NCBI GenBank assembly: GCA_964016885.1
Contig: OZ024741.1
Span: 248,682,001 to 248,746,000 of the forward strand
DNA: 64,000 nt
Direction: 5' to 3'
Source of the DNA: Eledone cirrhosa
Lineage: Eukaryota
The position numbers and the translations under genes are program-made. The notes beneath the pieces are model-generated. The model saw only the letters and a program-made list of their open reading frames with translations, searched no databases and was not told where the DNA came from. This document shows, one piece after another, positions 63,901-64,000 of this stretch (the stretch's first letter is position 1; each line of letters opens with the position of its first letter).

Positions 63901-64000
63901 ATAATTTGTAAAAAAAATCAGGGGTAGATAATTTGTAAAAAAAAATTAGGGGGAGATAATTTGTAAAAAAAAATCAGGGGGAGATAATTTGTAAAAAAAA

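Larger units (their letters stand above)
1..64000 (+). repeat. Composite satellite DNA array of two interspersed 25-29 bp monomers (roughly 2,400 units), head-to-tail, running off both window ends
   Basis: The core GGGGAGATAATTT or a close variant recurs every 23-29 bp throughout. No unique sequence or inverted block was seen. The unit count is an estimate (64000/~26.5). Confidence 0.99.

Noticed and set aside
1-64000. CRISPR-like constant repeat plus variable spacer
   Set aside because: The constant part is only 13 bp. The 'spacers' are 12-16 bp and of two recurring types rather than unique. No leader or cas genes are present.
1-64000. Telomerase-synthesised long repeats (25-bp unit size as in some budding yeasts)
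   Set aside because: Position-specific variants inherited in kb-scale blocks indicate DNA-level duplication, not repeated copying from one RNA template.
1-64000. Canonical G-quadruplex array
   Set aside because: G-runs are separated by about 21-24 nt, far beyond typical 1-7 nt loops. Long-loop or intermolecular forms cannot be supported from sequence alone.
1-64000. Phase-variable homopolymer or antigenic-variation cassette system, or information encoded in the A/B order
   Set aside because: There is no expression locus, recombinase or unique gene. The run patterns are explained by duplication and deletion of a few ancestral cassettes.
1-64000. Pure sequencing or assembly artefact, or synthetic concatemer
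   Set aside because: Hierarchically shared variants, reproducible homopolymer patterns and private SNPs fit natural evolution. Individual near-identical duplications still need read validation.

Overview
The whole 64 kb window is one uninterrupted, single-orientation tandem satellite array, most likely eukaryotic heterochromatin or centromere-type DNA; the organism cannot be identified. I see no credible genes, RNA genes, mobile elements or CRISPR array. Two monomers share a 13-bp core, GGGGAGATAATTT. Type A is core+GT(A)7-10TCAG (26-29 bp, about 30% GC) and type B is core+CCAGCCGTCCAA (25 bp, 52% GC). Runs of A alternate with about five stereotyped B cassettes (4, 4, 5, 6 and 9 monomers) that carry position-specific variants. 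These build irregular kb-scale higher-order blocks, with nested tandem duplications (1.7, 2.5 and 5/7.5 kb) and long-range copies (offsets of about 11, 13, 17, 32, 35.5, 42 and 53 kb). All listed ORFs are repeat-translation artefacts. I found no evidence for a new gene-based system. The interest lies in the two-monomer grammar and the readable recombination history. Coordinates and counts were read by eye and from ORF-track offsets, so breakpoints are approximate.
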